Positions 1-13,867 of a stretch of DNA of 64,000 nt are shown here, piece by piece. Every line of letters begins with the position of its first letter. Within the stretch, counting starts at the first letter, position 1. The notes under the pieces are model-generated. The model worked only from the letters and a program-made list of their open reading frames with translations, did no database searches and was not told the origin of the DNA. A program made the translations under genes and the position numbers. This DNA is from Antedon mediterranea (Eukaryota; Animalia; Echinodermata). The stretch is from NCBI RefSeq assembly GCF_964355755.1, contig NC_092673.1, positions 7,192,001 to 7,256,000 of the forward strand, in the 5' to 3' direction.

Positions 1-134
1 GCGAATCTAGAAGTATTAATATGCAGAGGAAGGGGAGGATTGGCTGGTGCAGGCTAAGGCACGAACTAAATATGAGGGGATGTATAAATTATATTCTTGC
101 GTGACATTATAACATAATAAACCAATTTCAGGAG

Positions 135-585
135 TAGAGTTATACACAAAAATCATTAAGTTTAGTTAGTAAAGGGGTTGAACTTTGGCGTGATATACCT
201 GAGACTCTTAAGTTACTTAAGAATCCTATAACTTTTAAAATAAAATACAAAAATAAATTACTTTTGCAATACTCTGATTAGAACAGTTTTTTTTTTTATC
301 TTTTTTCTTTTTACAATTACATCTTACTCTCTGAGAAATCTTTTTTTTTTAAGATAAAGAAAAAAAAAGAAACTTTCTTAAAAGTTACATTTTGTTTGCC
401 TATGCCGTTGTGCCTTTGTTTCATATTACTATTTATAAACTGTTTTGTAACAGGGGGTTTCTACTTATAAGCTGTGCTTCAGAGATTCCCCCTTTCCATT
501 CTTTCATTTTTGTAATGAACATTTATGTATGTTAATGGTTTTATTTTGTTGTGAATGGAAATAAAGAAACAAACAACAACAAACA
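135..585 (+). mobile_element. 3' remnant of an L2/CR1/Crack-type LINE
   Basis: 171-281 reads KGVELWRDIPETLKLLKNPITFKIKYKNKLLLQYSD*, resembling the LINE ORF2 C-terminus (G..LWN.LP...K.....FK...K). It is followed by a T-rich 3' UTR, AATAAA (~559) and an (AAAC/AAC)n tail. Confidence 0.65.
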
Positions 586-3235
586 CGTTTACCAGCGTGT
601 TTTAGATAATCCAAATTTGACCATTTCGTTTTATCAACCCGTACGATATTTCTTATGACTAAGCCAATTTTTGTTATTCCAACTCAGGGGAGGGTGGGCA
701 AAGTCTTCATATTCTCTCTTCGTTTACATTTAATAGGTCGACCTGCCTGGTCCCCTGCACTCCTCTAATTCCCGGTTCCTTCTGCCGTCTTCCACACTGT
801 TGAACAGAATAACGAAAACCGGAACCAATTATTAAACAAACGTATCTGTATGATTTCACTAGTATAGTTTCTGTGAATGATTGCACTAAATTCTCATTTA
901 TTATGTTTTTTAATTCGTTCTAAATGAAGATTTAAAAATAAAAAATATACTTTGATCCCGAAATGGATGTAATGTATTTGAAAACCACATTGTAAAATTC
1001 TTCACTCTCCAATCATGGAGATTTACATCTCTGTTCTCCAATAATAGAGGAACTCATGCTCCAACCATGGAGATAGCTCCAGGTGATATTCGTATTCGTA
1101 CTATAATAATATAGTTTATACTGTGTTTATAACGCTTTTAAGATATGTATCAGGGCCTATTTTTGAGACACAAATGTGACAGTTAGCAATCAAAGTATAC
1201 GGTAGAGTTAATCGGTATTTCATCATTTCAACTATAGTCATAAGTTTCTAAAATGCAACAACAGGAAAATAAAGTGTTTTCATCTGGTTTTATATTAATA
1301 TCTGTATACGGTTCACGTTAAAACAGTAATTAAATACACACACGTAACGTATTTACGTACTGGTTTAATTAAAGAATTATTGGAAAATAAAATGAAAATG
1401 GGGTTTTTTTTATGGATCATCGCATTATACCGGTAACAATATAATTTATTCCATTGGTTGGATTGGTACCGCCCAATATTTAACCAATATAGGCCTAGTA
1501 CATAAAATACAATAATATTTATAGTTTCCATTGATTTGTTTGTATGTTCAGACTTGCGAAGTACATGTTATTGTTATAATAGAATAGATAGAATTAAATG
1601 GGAATAATGAATTTCACTCTAAATCAATCCTTCTATCATGTTCCAAGTTTGAGAAAATTTTCAAACAATTGGCATGCAGGCTGTATACTCTTTCTTTTTT
1701 ATGGATGGCTGTTAATATAATATTATGGTATATCATTTCATTTTTCTTCATTCATGCCAATAAAATGTTACATAACAGACAGCTGTAGGTTGAAATGCTT
1801 AAAAGACACTTTAAAAGAACATGACACGGATTTCCTTAATGTCATTTGATAATATTCAATGTGATGATGAGATTCAAGTTTTGAGTCACTCAAAACCGTT
1901 TACGATAATATCGTAAACTGTTTTACGTTTTTCATACGGGGCGCCGTCCAAAACATTTTTGTTTATATTTTCCATGGCACACAACCATTTGCATCATCAA
2001 ATTACTACAATAGAACCTATTAAGGCGACACTTTTAGTACCAAGCAAAGTGTTTCCATAGGGGTACGTTGGTCTTATATTACAATATATATAGCCCATCA
2101 TTCCTTTCACGGGAAAGTATCACGCTAATTTGTGTTATTAGGCTAGCATCTGTCTTGATGGAAATCAATTTTTAGATAACCCGCCAACTTAACGTCATGT
2201 CCAAAACGCGTATAATAGTAATACTACTGTATATAAAATAGGAATTATTTTGTAAGTACATTTTGTTGGTGTGTGGCTATAAAGTCATCAACTTTATCCG
2301 CCGCACGTTTATGACAAACAAGATGCATAACTATATTTTTTACACATTACAAAACCAGTAGGATTATACTTTCGCATTACTCGTGTCATAATCGTTTTTC
2401 TTGAATTTCGGTATTATTGTATGTTTTAACATTGTCTTTGTTTAAGCCAAGGAAATTGGCCGCTATAAGCGGATCTCATCACCTTCAACTTCTCACATAG
2501 CGGATCATGGTATGATTAAACAGCTACAAAGAATGCCGCACATCAACTAGGTTAAATACTCACGATAAAACAAGGAAACCAACCAATTGGTTCATCATCA
2601 TTACGTCACTTGACACTAACTAATGATTAAAATTATACTATTCGTGATCAATTAAAAGTTTTTAATAAACGTGCCTGACCAACAAAGATCGCATTGCTCT
2701 ATATAAAGAAATATCCGAGTTAACGCTGATTAATATTCTGGATTTTCTTTTTAAATTAAAAATTAAAAGACCAAACAAATTGAAAATAGTCACAAACAAC
2801 TTCGAATGACATGCATGTAATATAAACAGGCCTGAGATCAGATTGGTGATAGACTATTGCAGTGTAAACGTGGTCTTGATAATTTGACAACTGTATAAAA
2901 CTCTTACAGCGCGTGTAAACAGGTTTTTAGATCGGATTAAGGTGACGTATACAGAAAACGCAGACTAGCAACCATTGAACAGTTTGGCCTTAAATTGTGT
3001 GCATCTTAAGGGCGCGTCTAAACTGGTTTAGGTCGGAGGTGCAGATACAGACTATTGTGTGAACGTGATCTTACGATTATTTGAATTTATTTGAAATAAA
3101 CCTAAAATCGATACAATTCAAGATCAAATAAAAATACGCACACATATCACCGCTGATATTGTACTTAACTGATTTCATTACTCGATACGGTATCTTTTTT
3201 TTAAATTGTCTGGGTCTAGTACAACTATACATCTC

Positions 3236-3605
3236 GGATGATTACCACCCGGAAAATTAACACCGGACAATTACTCTTCTAGGACAACTACCACCATACA
3301 ACTACCCCCTAGGACAACTACCCCACCTTAAGGACAACTACCTCATAGGACAACTACCCCCTTAGAACAACTACCTCCGTGGACAACTACTCCCTTAGGA
3401 CAACTACGGTAGGCCTACCTCATTGGACAACTACTTCTTAGGACAACTACCCCTTAGGACAACCACTTCCTAGGACAACTATACCTCCTAGGACAACTAC
3501 ACCCTAGGACAATTACATCCTAGGACAACCTCCTGGGACAACTACAACTAGGACAACTACCCCCTAGGACAACTACCCCTGGGACATACCCCCTAGGACA
3601 CCTAC
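3236..3605. repeat. Minisatellite, ~17-19 bp unit GGACAACTACCCCTA
   Basis: About 20 degenerate tandem copies of GGACAACTAC(C)nTA are directly visible. Confidence 0.92.
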
Positions 3606-6600
3606 CGTACCCCCACCACACCATGAATGAAGATAAACTTTCTTTCTTATTACAATATCATGTAAAAAAGTAATTTCAAGTGATAATTTGCATGGAGTGT
3701 TTATGTTTTAAAGTGTTATTCCCAAATGCTGCGTTATTTGACCATGAACGTAACTCAACATTAGATTTCCAAGGCTATACATTTCCTCGTTTTAACTAAC
3801 TTTGCCTATAAAACATTAAAACGATACTTAAAACAGTTTTATAAAATGGAATGATGGGAGAATATCTTCAAGGCCAAGTGAATGTAAATGCTAATACTAA
3901 ATAGTCACCACGGAGATACGAGGAGTATTGCTTGGATTGAGGGTTTGGACAAGAGGAGAAGTAGGCGCCTATAGGCCTGGAAAGGAACAACTTACGAAAG
4001 CAGACCTATCAGTCTTACAGTATTCAGTGTTATAAATATGTTTAAAATACCTGAAGATGAACTGTGCTAGGAAAAAAGAACTATAGGCTAGTCCAACTAA
4101 TTAACACATTTAACGAAGAAGAAACTCGAAACAAACATTCAAAAAAGTGGGAGGCGTGCTAAAACAGACAAAAAAATTCATATCCCGATAATCAAACCTA
4201 TATTTGTTTCTGTTCTAATTGTGTAATTATGAAATAGTATGCAATACTGTAAACAACATTTTATCAGAGTTTGGAGAAGGGGGTAATTCCTTCAAGGGCG
4301 ACATATCAAAGGGTAAGTGAGATACGTTACAGTTACATCGGCCATGGTGACAATCGAAGAATCTTTAGTGACATTGAGATAGCACCCATGTCATTTTCCG
4401 TCATTGAGGGACTTTGATAAGGTCACACGTGACTAAAGGGTTTCCAGGGCTAATTAATGAATGTATTTTTAGTTTACCAACGAAATTTAGTTGCAGGGTT
4501 ATTGTATCATTAATTCATCCCCAATTATGCCAATTCATAATTAGGAATGCATTTGATACAATGTGACTAACTCTGTTACTTATTTTATTCCAATATGGCC
4601 TAATAAATAATCACTATTGCGATCCAAGATGTTGCAGGGTCTATCATTATGAATTAAAGACAGCTAAATGGTTTTCAAAGTACAATGTATTAATAATATT
4701 TTTGAACCGGATTATATTTAATAGGGTATACGTAATCGCCATGCAAAATTAGGCTTGGCGGAAGGGGCGAGTTTGGCGGATTAAAACACACCTTTTAAAA
4801 TAACACAACTTTGATTGATAATCAACCGATTAACGAACCGAACGAGCAGATTAATAGCATCCTTCCACTTGCAACGTCATTCTGTTGTTTGTGTTTGTAA
4901 ATAAACAACACTATAAAACTTGTATTTATTGTAGAAGAATATTTACTTAATGTTATATTGTTTTTTCGATTGAAATAATGACATCTTGAGAAATAGCAGT
5001 ACAGTATAAAACTTTAAGAGGATACCTTTTGGACCCAGTAAAGTGTCCCTTTAAGAGAGGTGTTTCCTGAATAAGGATTGGTCGTTTAATGGAAAAGAAA
5101 GTGTTCTATTGTATAAATAGTTTTCTTCTTCAATCTGAATGTGTAACGTGTAAAGATTGCCGAGAATTGCCGAACGGATTCGTCGGGTCGTTTCAAAGGA
5201 AATGGAAAATTACAGTGCTGGTATGGGGGGTCGGTTTATAAATAGTTGCCCCAGCTCGAACGGTGTCGGTCCAATGGTTGAGTATAGGAGAATAAATGGT
5301 ACGGCACTTTATTACGTCTATCATAACATATAGACTACTAACTATAACTTATTGCAGGATGTGTAATTTCATTGTCACATTCGCTAAGTTTCATCGTGAA
5401 ATAAAAATGAGGAAAATATTCGCTGATTTTTAATTAATGATGATTAAACTGATACCGTCAAGGTCTACCGCTTCATTTTATGTTGTACTGACGTATATCG
5501 TACGTCACACTACTTTTTTCGTTTCTCTTCTTTTCGGCTACTTTTACTTTATATTGTTCGTGTGCGTGTTAGAATTACAGAAATACCCATTTACCCGTGT
5601 TCTTAGATTAGTAATTTTACTTTGCTAAGGAATGTTATCAATTGATGGTACGTGGATTGACTTCTAGTGGCAAAAGTCTTGATCGCACCGTGGACTTAAT
5701 TTGGTCAAATTAACCCAGTTGTCGGCTAAATTGACCGAGAAAAGTCTATGAAAACCAGGAAAAAGTAAAATCAAAAATTAAAAATACTACTGACCACTAC
5801 CTACGCGATAGAACTTTTAACGTCATGGTTAAATTTTGGTAAAAAAACGTGGTAAAAACAGAGCAAAACTGCTAACTGTGTGAATTATCCAATGTTTAAA
5901 ACAGTGCGAACACGGCTTTAGGCTCGTTATTTCATTTTATGAAATAAATTACGTGTACAATGTTCACATATTACACGTACCCGCATAGACATCAGCATAC
6001 TATATATAAAAGGACCAATGAGCAATAGACCGTTTTTTATGTATTGTGTATAACACTAACAGTATTATTGTTATAATGTATTATTAGTATGTTCGTGGTG
6101 TACATTTGTAAGGGGAATGTTTGGATCATAAACTATGATTTGTTCGATGAAAGTTTATATCCTGGCCCGAGGTACTTCCGGTCATTCCGTAAGTACAAGG
6201 CTATCATGCTAATGCACCACCATCCATCAAAATACATCCTTAATTAATTGTTATGTCCAGTCTGACCATGGGAGGAGAATGGTCTAACCTTATTTCTCCA
6301 CTAAACTTTCAAGAAATAATAAGAAATGATTGTAGCACGTATTAAAAAGTATCATCAATATACTGTAGGAATAAATAATATCACACAAAGATGCCTATTG
6401 TAGTGTGTGATATTAAAATGATAAAACCAATCGTGTTCCTGCATCGTTAGTGTTCGCGCAATTCTATTGTCTATCTTGTATGTAAATTAAAATCAAATAC
6501 CATAAAACGTTTCACTGATTTTAATACAAATTAAATTTGTTGATGGAATTCTGTTTCATGAGACTCTGCATAAAGGATGTTCGGTTTTAATCTATTGATT

Positions 6601-6842
6601 TTTATCGTATCTTTTATGTCAATTTTAGATTAAAATTCCTAAAATTCAGTTTTAATATTTCGTTTCGTTAATTCATTAAATTGAACGTGCGAATATTTTT
6701 CGTAGTTTTAACATGATTGTTTGAATAGCAAGTAGTGTATTATTTACCATAAGGTTAATCCATGTTAAGTATTATGTACAATAGATAGATTGAATGTACG
6801 AATTTATTCTCTATGTCCACTTCGCCTCGTCAGCAATGCCGA

Positions 6843-6920
6843 CCAATCAGCGATCAGCTTTTGGCGAAGGTCGGCGCGAAGGTCATGTGACCAGCACATT
6901 ATGTCAAACGTCACGTCGAT
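6843..6920 (+). promoter_or_regulatory. Candidate distal NR5A promoter (P1)
   Basis: CpG-rich patch with CCAATCA (6843), AGGTCG (6868), AGGTCA (6880), TGACCA (6888) and CRE-like ACGTCACGT (~6908), 140-215 bp upstream of candidate exon 1a. Confidence 0.5.
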
Positions 6921-7058
6921 GTTCGCTTTTTCATTTTGCATTTCGTACGTGACAACTTAACGAACAAGAAGGGGAATCTGTGCGCAATTCTGCGAGTGGA
7001 GTGGTGAAACAAACAGAGGAACGTTCGTTGATTCTATAGCACTTGAACCGTTAAGACG

Positions 7059-7125
7059 ATGTGGTCCCAAAACAATAATCTGATGTCGGCGGACTCACAC
7101 GGTGAATACGCGCCGCGGTACGCCC
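7059..7125 (+). CDS. NR5A2: NR5A candidate alternative first coding exon 1a (MWSQNNNLMSADSHGEYAPRYA)
   Basis: ATG at 7059, 22 open codons plus 1 nt, then a consensus GTGAGT donor at 7126. Phase 1 matches the acceptor at 23610. Confidence 0.6.
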
Positions 7126-10100
7126 GTGAGTATTGTTTTAACACCTGTGTAAAATAGCTGTGTAAAAATAAGCACGTTCCGCTTTCTTGGTATTATTATA
7201 CAATAAAAATAATAATTTAAAAAGTATTGGAAATATATTACTGCAAGTGTCAAATCCGGTTGGTAAGCTGCAAAACCTGCTTTTACTTTGTTTTAATTTG
7301 GTAATGTAATCTCTTTTTTTAATATGCTATTTATTTTGTTTTGCGTAATTATTGATAATCATTATAATCTCTGTTTTTAAATTATTATCTTTATTTTGTT
7401 ATACCAGAATGCTAACTTGTTATTGGTGCATCAATTACAGATTACATTTATAAATAATATATTTGTTAAATCTTATGTTTTACAAACGATCAATATAGAA
7501 GTAGATTTATGATAATATCGTCTTAGTTTTGATATGTTAAAATCGTGTAAGTTGATAAATTTAAATATTGTATATAAGGTTATGCGCCTGGTAATATATT
7601 ATCCCTCTAAACGAACTAATGTAAATCATTTTGAAATCGGATTATATTGAAGCTTAACGCAACCGTTTGTTCCATAATATAGTTATGATCCATTTCTTCA
7701 GTGCGATCTCCAAGTGTAAAACTGTACAAATTTTCCTAATAACTTCTCTATAACGATATATATCCGTAGAAATGTGATAACGTATAACATTTAATACATG
7801 TTATAATCGTCTTACCAGCCAGTATATTAAACCTGTAATTAGGGTTGATTTGCAATAAGATATGATTACCTTTTTTATATACGAAACTGCTATTTAAATT
7901 TGTTTTATTCTTATTAATGTATTTCTAAAGTCTCAGTTTAACGTAACGTTACACCCCGTATTCGTTTTCTTAAACTCATATGTCCAATGTAATTCAATAG
8001 TTCCATTTATCCTTATTACGAGAATAATATACATATTTATTCGAAATATAACTATATTTTATCACACGTATAAACGATATATAAAGGTTTAGTTTTTAGG
8101 TAATTTTTTTTTAACAGAACAAGAAAATCCTAGGACTAAATTGTATGTGTAATTAATCATTTTTCTTCGATTATACTATGTATATATACTGTGCATAATT
8201 AAATGGAATGACAAGTTAGTAGGCTGGCCTATCAATCTGCATCAATTTTCAATACGTCTTGCTTTTCACCTGATTGACAAGATGTGAATTTAACAGTATT
8301 TACAAGAGCTAACGAATAATCTAGACAAAAACTGATGAGTTTTAGTTTGATAGGCCCTTTTTTCATGTAAAAGATACTCTGTATTATGCTCTGTCGCTAA
8401 GTAATTAAAAAATATATCACCCGATTAAATCGAGTCGAAGTTACTTCTGCAACCAGATCCTTAGCTTAATTTTGAAAAATTGAATAACATAAATAAAATC
8501 CGTTTGCAAAAAAACCATCCGTATAAAAATAATATAAAAAATATATAATAACATTTTTGGACATGTCCTCGATTTGTGATAATCGATTAATGATAATCAT
8601 ACCAGTGTATTATTAGACCTCAGGCGCCCTCGCGCCTTTTAAGTAGACCTATATATTTATTGGCAAAGTCCCCTCAATTTTGTGACTATAATACCTCCCC
8701 TCCTCAATTTTGTGATTAATTGAATGCTATAGCCTATAATTACGCGTGTGTGTGTTATAAATAATACACCGTGTCCTTATTTGCAGATAAAATATATTCA
8801 TTCTGAACTCATTACGCTGATTACAATATAGTACAATTATTTCTCAGCCTGACAATGATAACGACTAAAGCCCTCAAGCTTAATTCAGATGTTATGTATT
8901 GAAAATGTACCGTTACAATTGGCAATTCTCTCTCTGCTACCAATCTATTGTGCATTCTATCTGCTTTTTATTACGGTGGTAATATTTTTAATTATAGTAT
9001 GTTTATTAATAGTAGTAGGCCTACTATGAAATATAGAAAAGTGTGTTTTGGAGGAGTTTTGTTAGTGGTATTACTGTATTTTACTTATGAAATAATCAAT
9101 TAAAAATAATAAATAATAATAATAATTGTTTAATGGAAGCTTTTATACTGTATTGATAATGTTATCTTACTTTACTTATTTCATCATATATTTTGGATCA
9201 ACATTTAAGTTACCAACTAAAAAATAATTCAAGTTATTTGAAGATTTCCAAGGCAGTGGACTTTTTTACGAGGTTTTGGTCTCAGCTTTGGGTTTATCAT
9301 AGGGCTAGTTCGTGAAAACAAAACGTTCTTCCTTATCTTTCTACAAACTTCATCTTAATCCTAAAACATGGGTAATAAATCAATATGGCCACTTTTTATG
9401 TTTAAGTCATAACAGGGAAAAGTGAAATTAATTAATTTCACTCTTCCCTGGTCATATATTTAAAAGTTGTCAAGGCCACTTATTGGCCAGATTTCAAACA
9501 TTAGAAAAACCTAAACATAATAGTAAACATGAAAATAGTGCATTACATTAATCGGTCTCCAGTGACTTGTACAGAGCAGGGAGGAAGATATGGGATCGTG
9601 TCAAAAATACCTACTGCAGTTACTGCAGCAATTTTTGTATAGTTAGTATGCCTTCTCTCTTCTAATGTGCTATCTTATCCACGATTCTAACTGACCTGTA
9701 ATCCCACAAAAATGAAGAAGGTCAAGCAACGTAGGCCTACACCAGTTTAAATACATGTTTGTTCTGACTTTATATTTATATGTTTAAAACCTAGGTTTTA
9801 CCACAATGATAATAACTACACAATTACAGTAGGAATTGCCTATTTGTATCCGTCGGGCAACTTGTATTGCTAATTTCAAGAAAGCTCGTCTTTTAAACTT
9901 TTTTTCTTAAATGTTTTGCCATTTTCATTTTTTAAGCACACCGTGGCTTTATCATGATGCAATATGCACCTAATAATTCTCATATTATAATATATTATCT
10001 GATGTTTGTTTAATATAATTTAACATTTTTTTTGTAAACGTGTATTACGAACGTTAGGAATTTTAATCCCGGAGATACCCTTCAGCAGACACGCAGACTA

Positions 10101-13100
10101 CAGATAGGATCAGACCAGGAAAGAATGAAAGACTACCAAATGCCATAACCCTCATGTTTCCTTCTCTAAGGCGCCGGTAATAAAACATCTTTTTATCAAA
10201 TGCTAATATTAACCAATGTTATTACCAATGCCAAATCTTTTAATTCTCCAAAGGTGTGATATAATACAGTAATCTGATATCAATAAAAATAAGATTGAGT
10301 TTGTTTACGGAATTGGTACACAAACTCATATAGTTCATATTTTCTCTGACACTCCTTAAAATCTTTGATACATCTGATACAATTAGGCTACACCCTGAAA
10401 TTTTTTTTATTACACTTAAGCCGAAGAGGCTGATGATCAATAGTCCTACATTAAAAACAATAATAAGCAAACCTCAAACTATACTTTTGTGTTACATAGG
10501 CCAACACAAGTTTATACTGTTTGGTTTTCTGGGGTAATTCAATCATATCACTATTATTCTAGGTTCTAGACTGTATTTAAACTTAACAATCTGTACTGGT
10601 AAAAAGATCAATATTTTGCGCACATGGCGTTTCATACGTATAATACTTGAGGTCTACAGTATTTTCCAGACAAATTCGAAACGTCGACTGGTCATGGACT
10701 AACATAAAAAAGACAATAGATACAGGCAAGTCTATCATATCACTCGCATTTGTGCTGTTGGATTTTTTACAACATTTAATAAAACAATGTTATTGAAAGT
10801 TAAATCAATTATGATAATCGTTCATAAGATCTTAATAACAATTCTACCTTCATAAAGTTAATCTTGAACTACTGTGGGAAAGTGGGACTCGCACACGTAG
10901 GTGTGGACAGCAGGTTAGACTAAATCTAAATACAGTAGTAAGCTTGGAATACTAGGACAATTTGTAAGATACGAGGGGTAGGACCTATCTGGGTTCGGTA
11001 AAACACTTCCTAAATGGTCTTATCAACTAGATGACCACACCAACGATTGGTCAAAGGCCAAACTAGCCAATCAAATGTATCCACGTTGTTTCGGCCATTA
11101 ATATTTGTGTATAGTACTTTGGCCTTCTGTGAATCTTTATAGTTCAACTAGTATAGTGATAACTTCCTATTCTTCCCTGTTGATTTATTTAGGTTAGATT
11201 CAATCGTTCGTTTTCTCTTTTTAGGTCCAGGTTTTAATCATAATCGTATAGTTAGTATAGGTTTCGTGTTACGAAGCTCAAGAGGGGACATTTAGGACAT
11301 ACATGCGTGATTATTTGAATCGTCCCCTCTCCTGATGTCAACTAATGTCTTCGTTAGAAAAAAACAATACATAATCTGAATTGTTTTTGAATTTTTATGA
11401 AGTATCATTTTTATGATTATTTTGTCTGAATAAATGAGTAGGCCAAAATATAATCTTAATTAATGCAATATACAAATTAATTTTTACTGAAATTTCAGTA
11501 GATCTTAACAGATGGGTCCACGGTTAAAATTAAAATTTAACTTTAAAATGGTTACAGTATAGTTTAAAACACTTTTATTTTTCGTATAGAAATTTGGTAA
11601 AATATAGTATTAATTATGACTTATTTACACCACATGGTTTCGCTAAAACGGCTTATGACGTAATGTTTATTTGTTAATTAACTTCAAAAAGGCCGCGATA
11701 CTTAATGTACTAGGCTATCAGATCACGTTGTAAATGAATGGATTACTTACAACGTTAATTATTCTTTTAAAAGAAGCCATTGTTTCTGTCGTTTGCTCCG
11801 TGATATAATGACATTAATAGTAAACTTTAAAGTAACACCCTTTCAATTAGCGGCAGTAAACTTTGTATGTTCAAATACATAGGCCTATGTAAAATGAATC
11901 AGTACTGCAGTATTTATTTAGTTAGGTACTACAAGTTTTTTTGGAGGTACACACAAAGAAAGCGTCTAAAATGTTAAAACAAACCGTTTAAAAAGAATGT
12001 AATACTCATGTCACTTTTCTTTTTGCTTTTACATTGCCTTATTAACATGTGCCGCTGATACAAAAGCGTTTGTTCAATAAAATGTATCTTATCTTATCAC
12101 TGCACAAGTTGTATGGGTTTCTCCCTTCTTTATTTATCAATTCAACACGTATACTGTAAAAATATATATGTTATATCATTAATCAAAGTTTAGCAATGCT
12201 GAATTTTCAATATTGTAAAAGGTTTTTTTGATGGGTGCTGTATATTGAAATAGATTTTTTAACCTTAGGCGCGGTGGAAGACTTTAGGTGGGAGGGGGGG
12301 GGGGGGTCCTACTCACCTCCGAATTAAATGGTACATATACAGTACAACTGAACGTTAAACCTATACTAACGCTGTTAGCATGCAATTCTTTTCTTTTTGT
12401 ATACTCTTCTTCGGCTGCATCGAATTCGGATATTTCGTATTCACAATAGTGGACAATACGTATTGTTATACTCTCTCGTAATATCCTGTTGTTCGATGTA
12501 ATAAAACTCTTTGTCCATTCAATTTTATGAATAATTTAGCAGGTGAATTTCAATGTACAATTTATAATGAGCAAGGAAATTGTCCGAAGTCATTCTTTTT
12601 CTTATCTTCTCCAACAAACTTTTATTCTTCTACCTTTTTCGGACATGCACTTATGGTAATATTATACAATGTTCCTCATCATCTGTTTCCTATATTCATG
12701 GTCTAATCTCGTATCCCGTTAGATGTTGTTTAACTAGTATCCAAGGACGTTTTGCTTTGTCCAACGCCTTTAAAACCTAACTCTAGACAGGCTTGACCGT
12801 TGCTGTATACACATTCTCAACCGTTAGAAAATAAAGCCAATAATAAATAGTGTTTTGTATGTAGAAACAATGGATTATTTTTCAATGATTACAACGTGTG
12901 TTACTATTATTCTATACTAACTAATACAATCGCCTCTTATATGGTCTTTTGTGTAAATTGACAGGATTATAAATATCATAATTAATTTAGATAGTTACAC
13001 AATTGGTCAACGCTGACCAGACAAGCAGATGACCAATGAAATATAATCGTTAAAAGCAGAGGGTACGTACTCGTAATTATGCATTATGCTATTAAGTGTC

Positions 13101-13222
13101 CGGCTGCAAGAAAACAATAGCTAACTATTTAATACTTAAACGTTGCACGAAGCACCATTTTTATAATGCGCTAGTCAATATAAAAACATGGTTTACGTAA
13201 GAACAGAATTAAAAATGGGTTA

Positions 13223-13401
13223 AGCGTGGTTCCCACTAGCGACGCAACGCAAGGACGTAACGCAACGCAAGTGAATTGACCAATCACAAGCGATGGCTTA
13301 TTCGCTTGTGATTGCTAACTGTCTATAACTTCACTTGTCATTGGTTAAAACGCTTGCGTTGCGTTTACATCCTTGCGTTACGTTCTAGTGGGAACCAAGC
13401 T
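13223..13401. mobile_element. PIF/Harbinger-like MITE, family A (179 bp)
   Basis: TIRs AGCGTGGTTCCCACTAG / CTAGTGGGAACCAAGCT with TTA on both flanks (13220-22, 13402-04). A near-identical inverted copy lies at 52840-53018. Confidence 0.88.
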
Positions 13402-13729
13402 TTAGAGTTCGATGTTAAAGGGTAGTTCCGGGGCCGAAAAGGTATCGTTTATTATAATTATAATACAAATCTTTGCCAAAACATTGATAAATAATAACTC
13501 TACATATTTTTCGATAGCGATGAGGCAGAACGAGCCTCGTGAAAAAGCTCCTTTCAAAAATCTTTCTGTATGTTATAAGGATTTGACTGAGTAACAGGCA
13601 TATTTGTAATAAATATTTTCCTATAAAATTGATTGTTTTTTCAATTCTTTTCTTTCAACACTGGAAAAATAGACCCGTAGCAACGATTTAATGTTATTTC
13701 GTGACGCACGTTCTACTTCACAACCGTAA

Positions 13730-13867
13730 AGCTTGGTTCCACTAGTACGCAACGCAAGAACGTAAGCGCAACTTTAAGTAACTTGACCAATCACAAGCGA
13801 TGAATTATTCGAACTGTCGCTTGGCATTGGTCAATTCGGTTGCGTTGCGCTTACGTCACGTAAGCTT
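13730..13867. mobile_element. Diverged partial MITE of family A
   Basis: TAA followed by AGCTTGGTTCCACTAG, and the same CGCAACGCAAG / GACCAATCACAAGCGA internal motifs. The right end is decayed. Confidence 0.7.

Noticed and set aside
12380-12820. Purine-rich minus-strand segment that looks like decayed coding sequence
   Set aside because: The frames I translated are broken by stops and show no recognisable motif. The 66-aa + strand ORF has no support.
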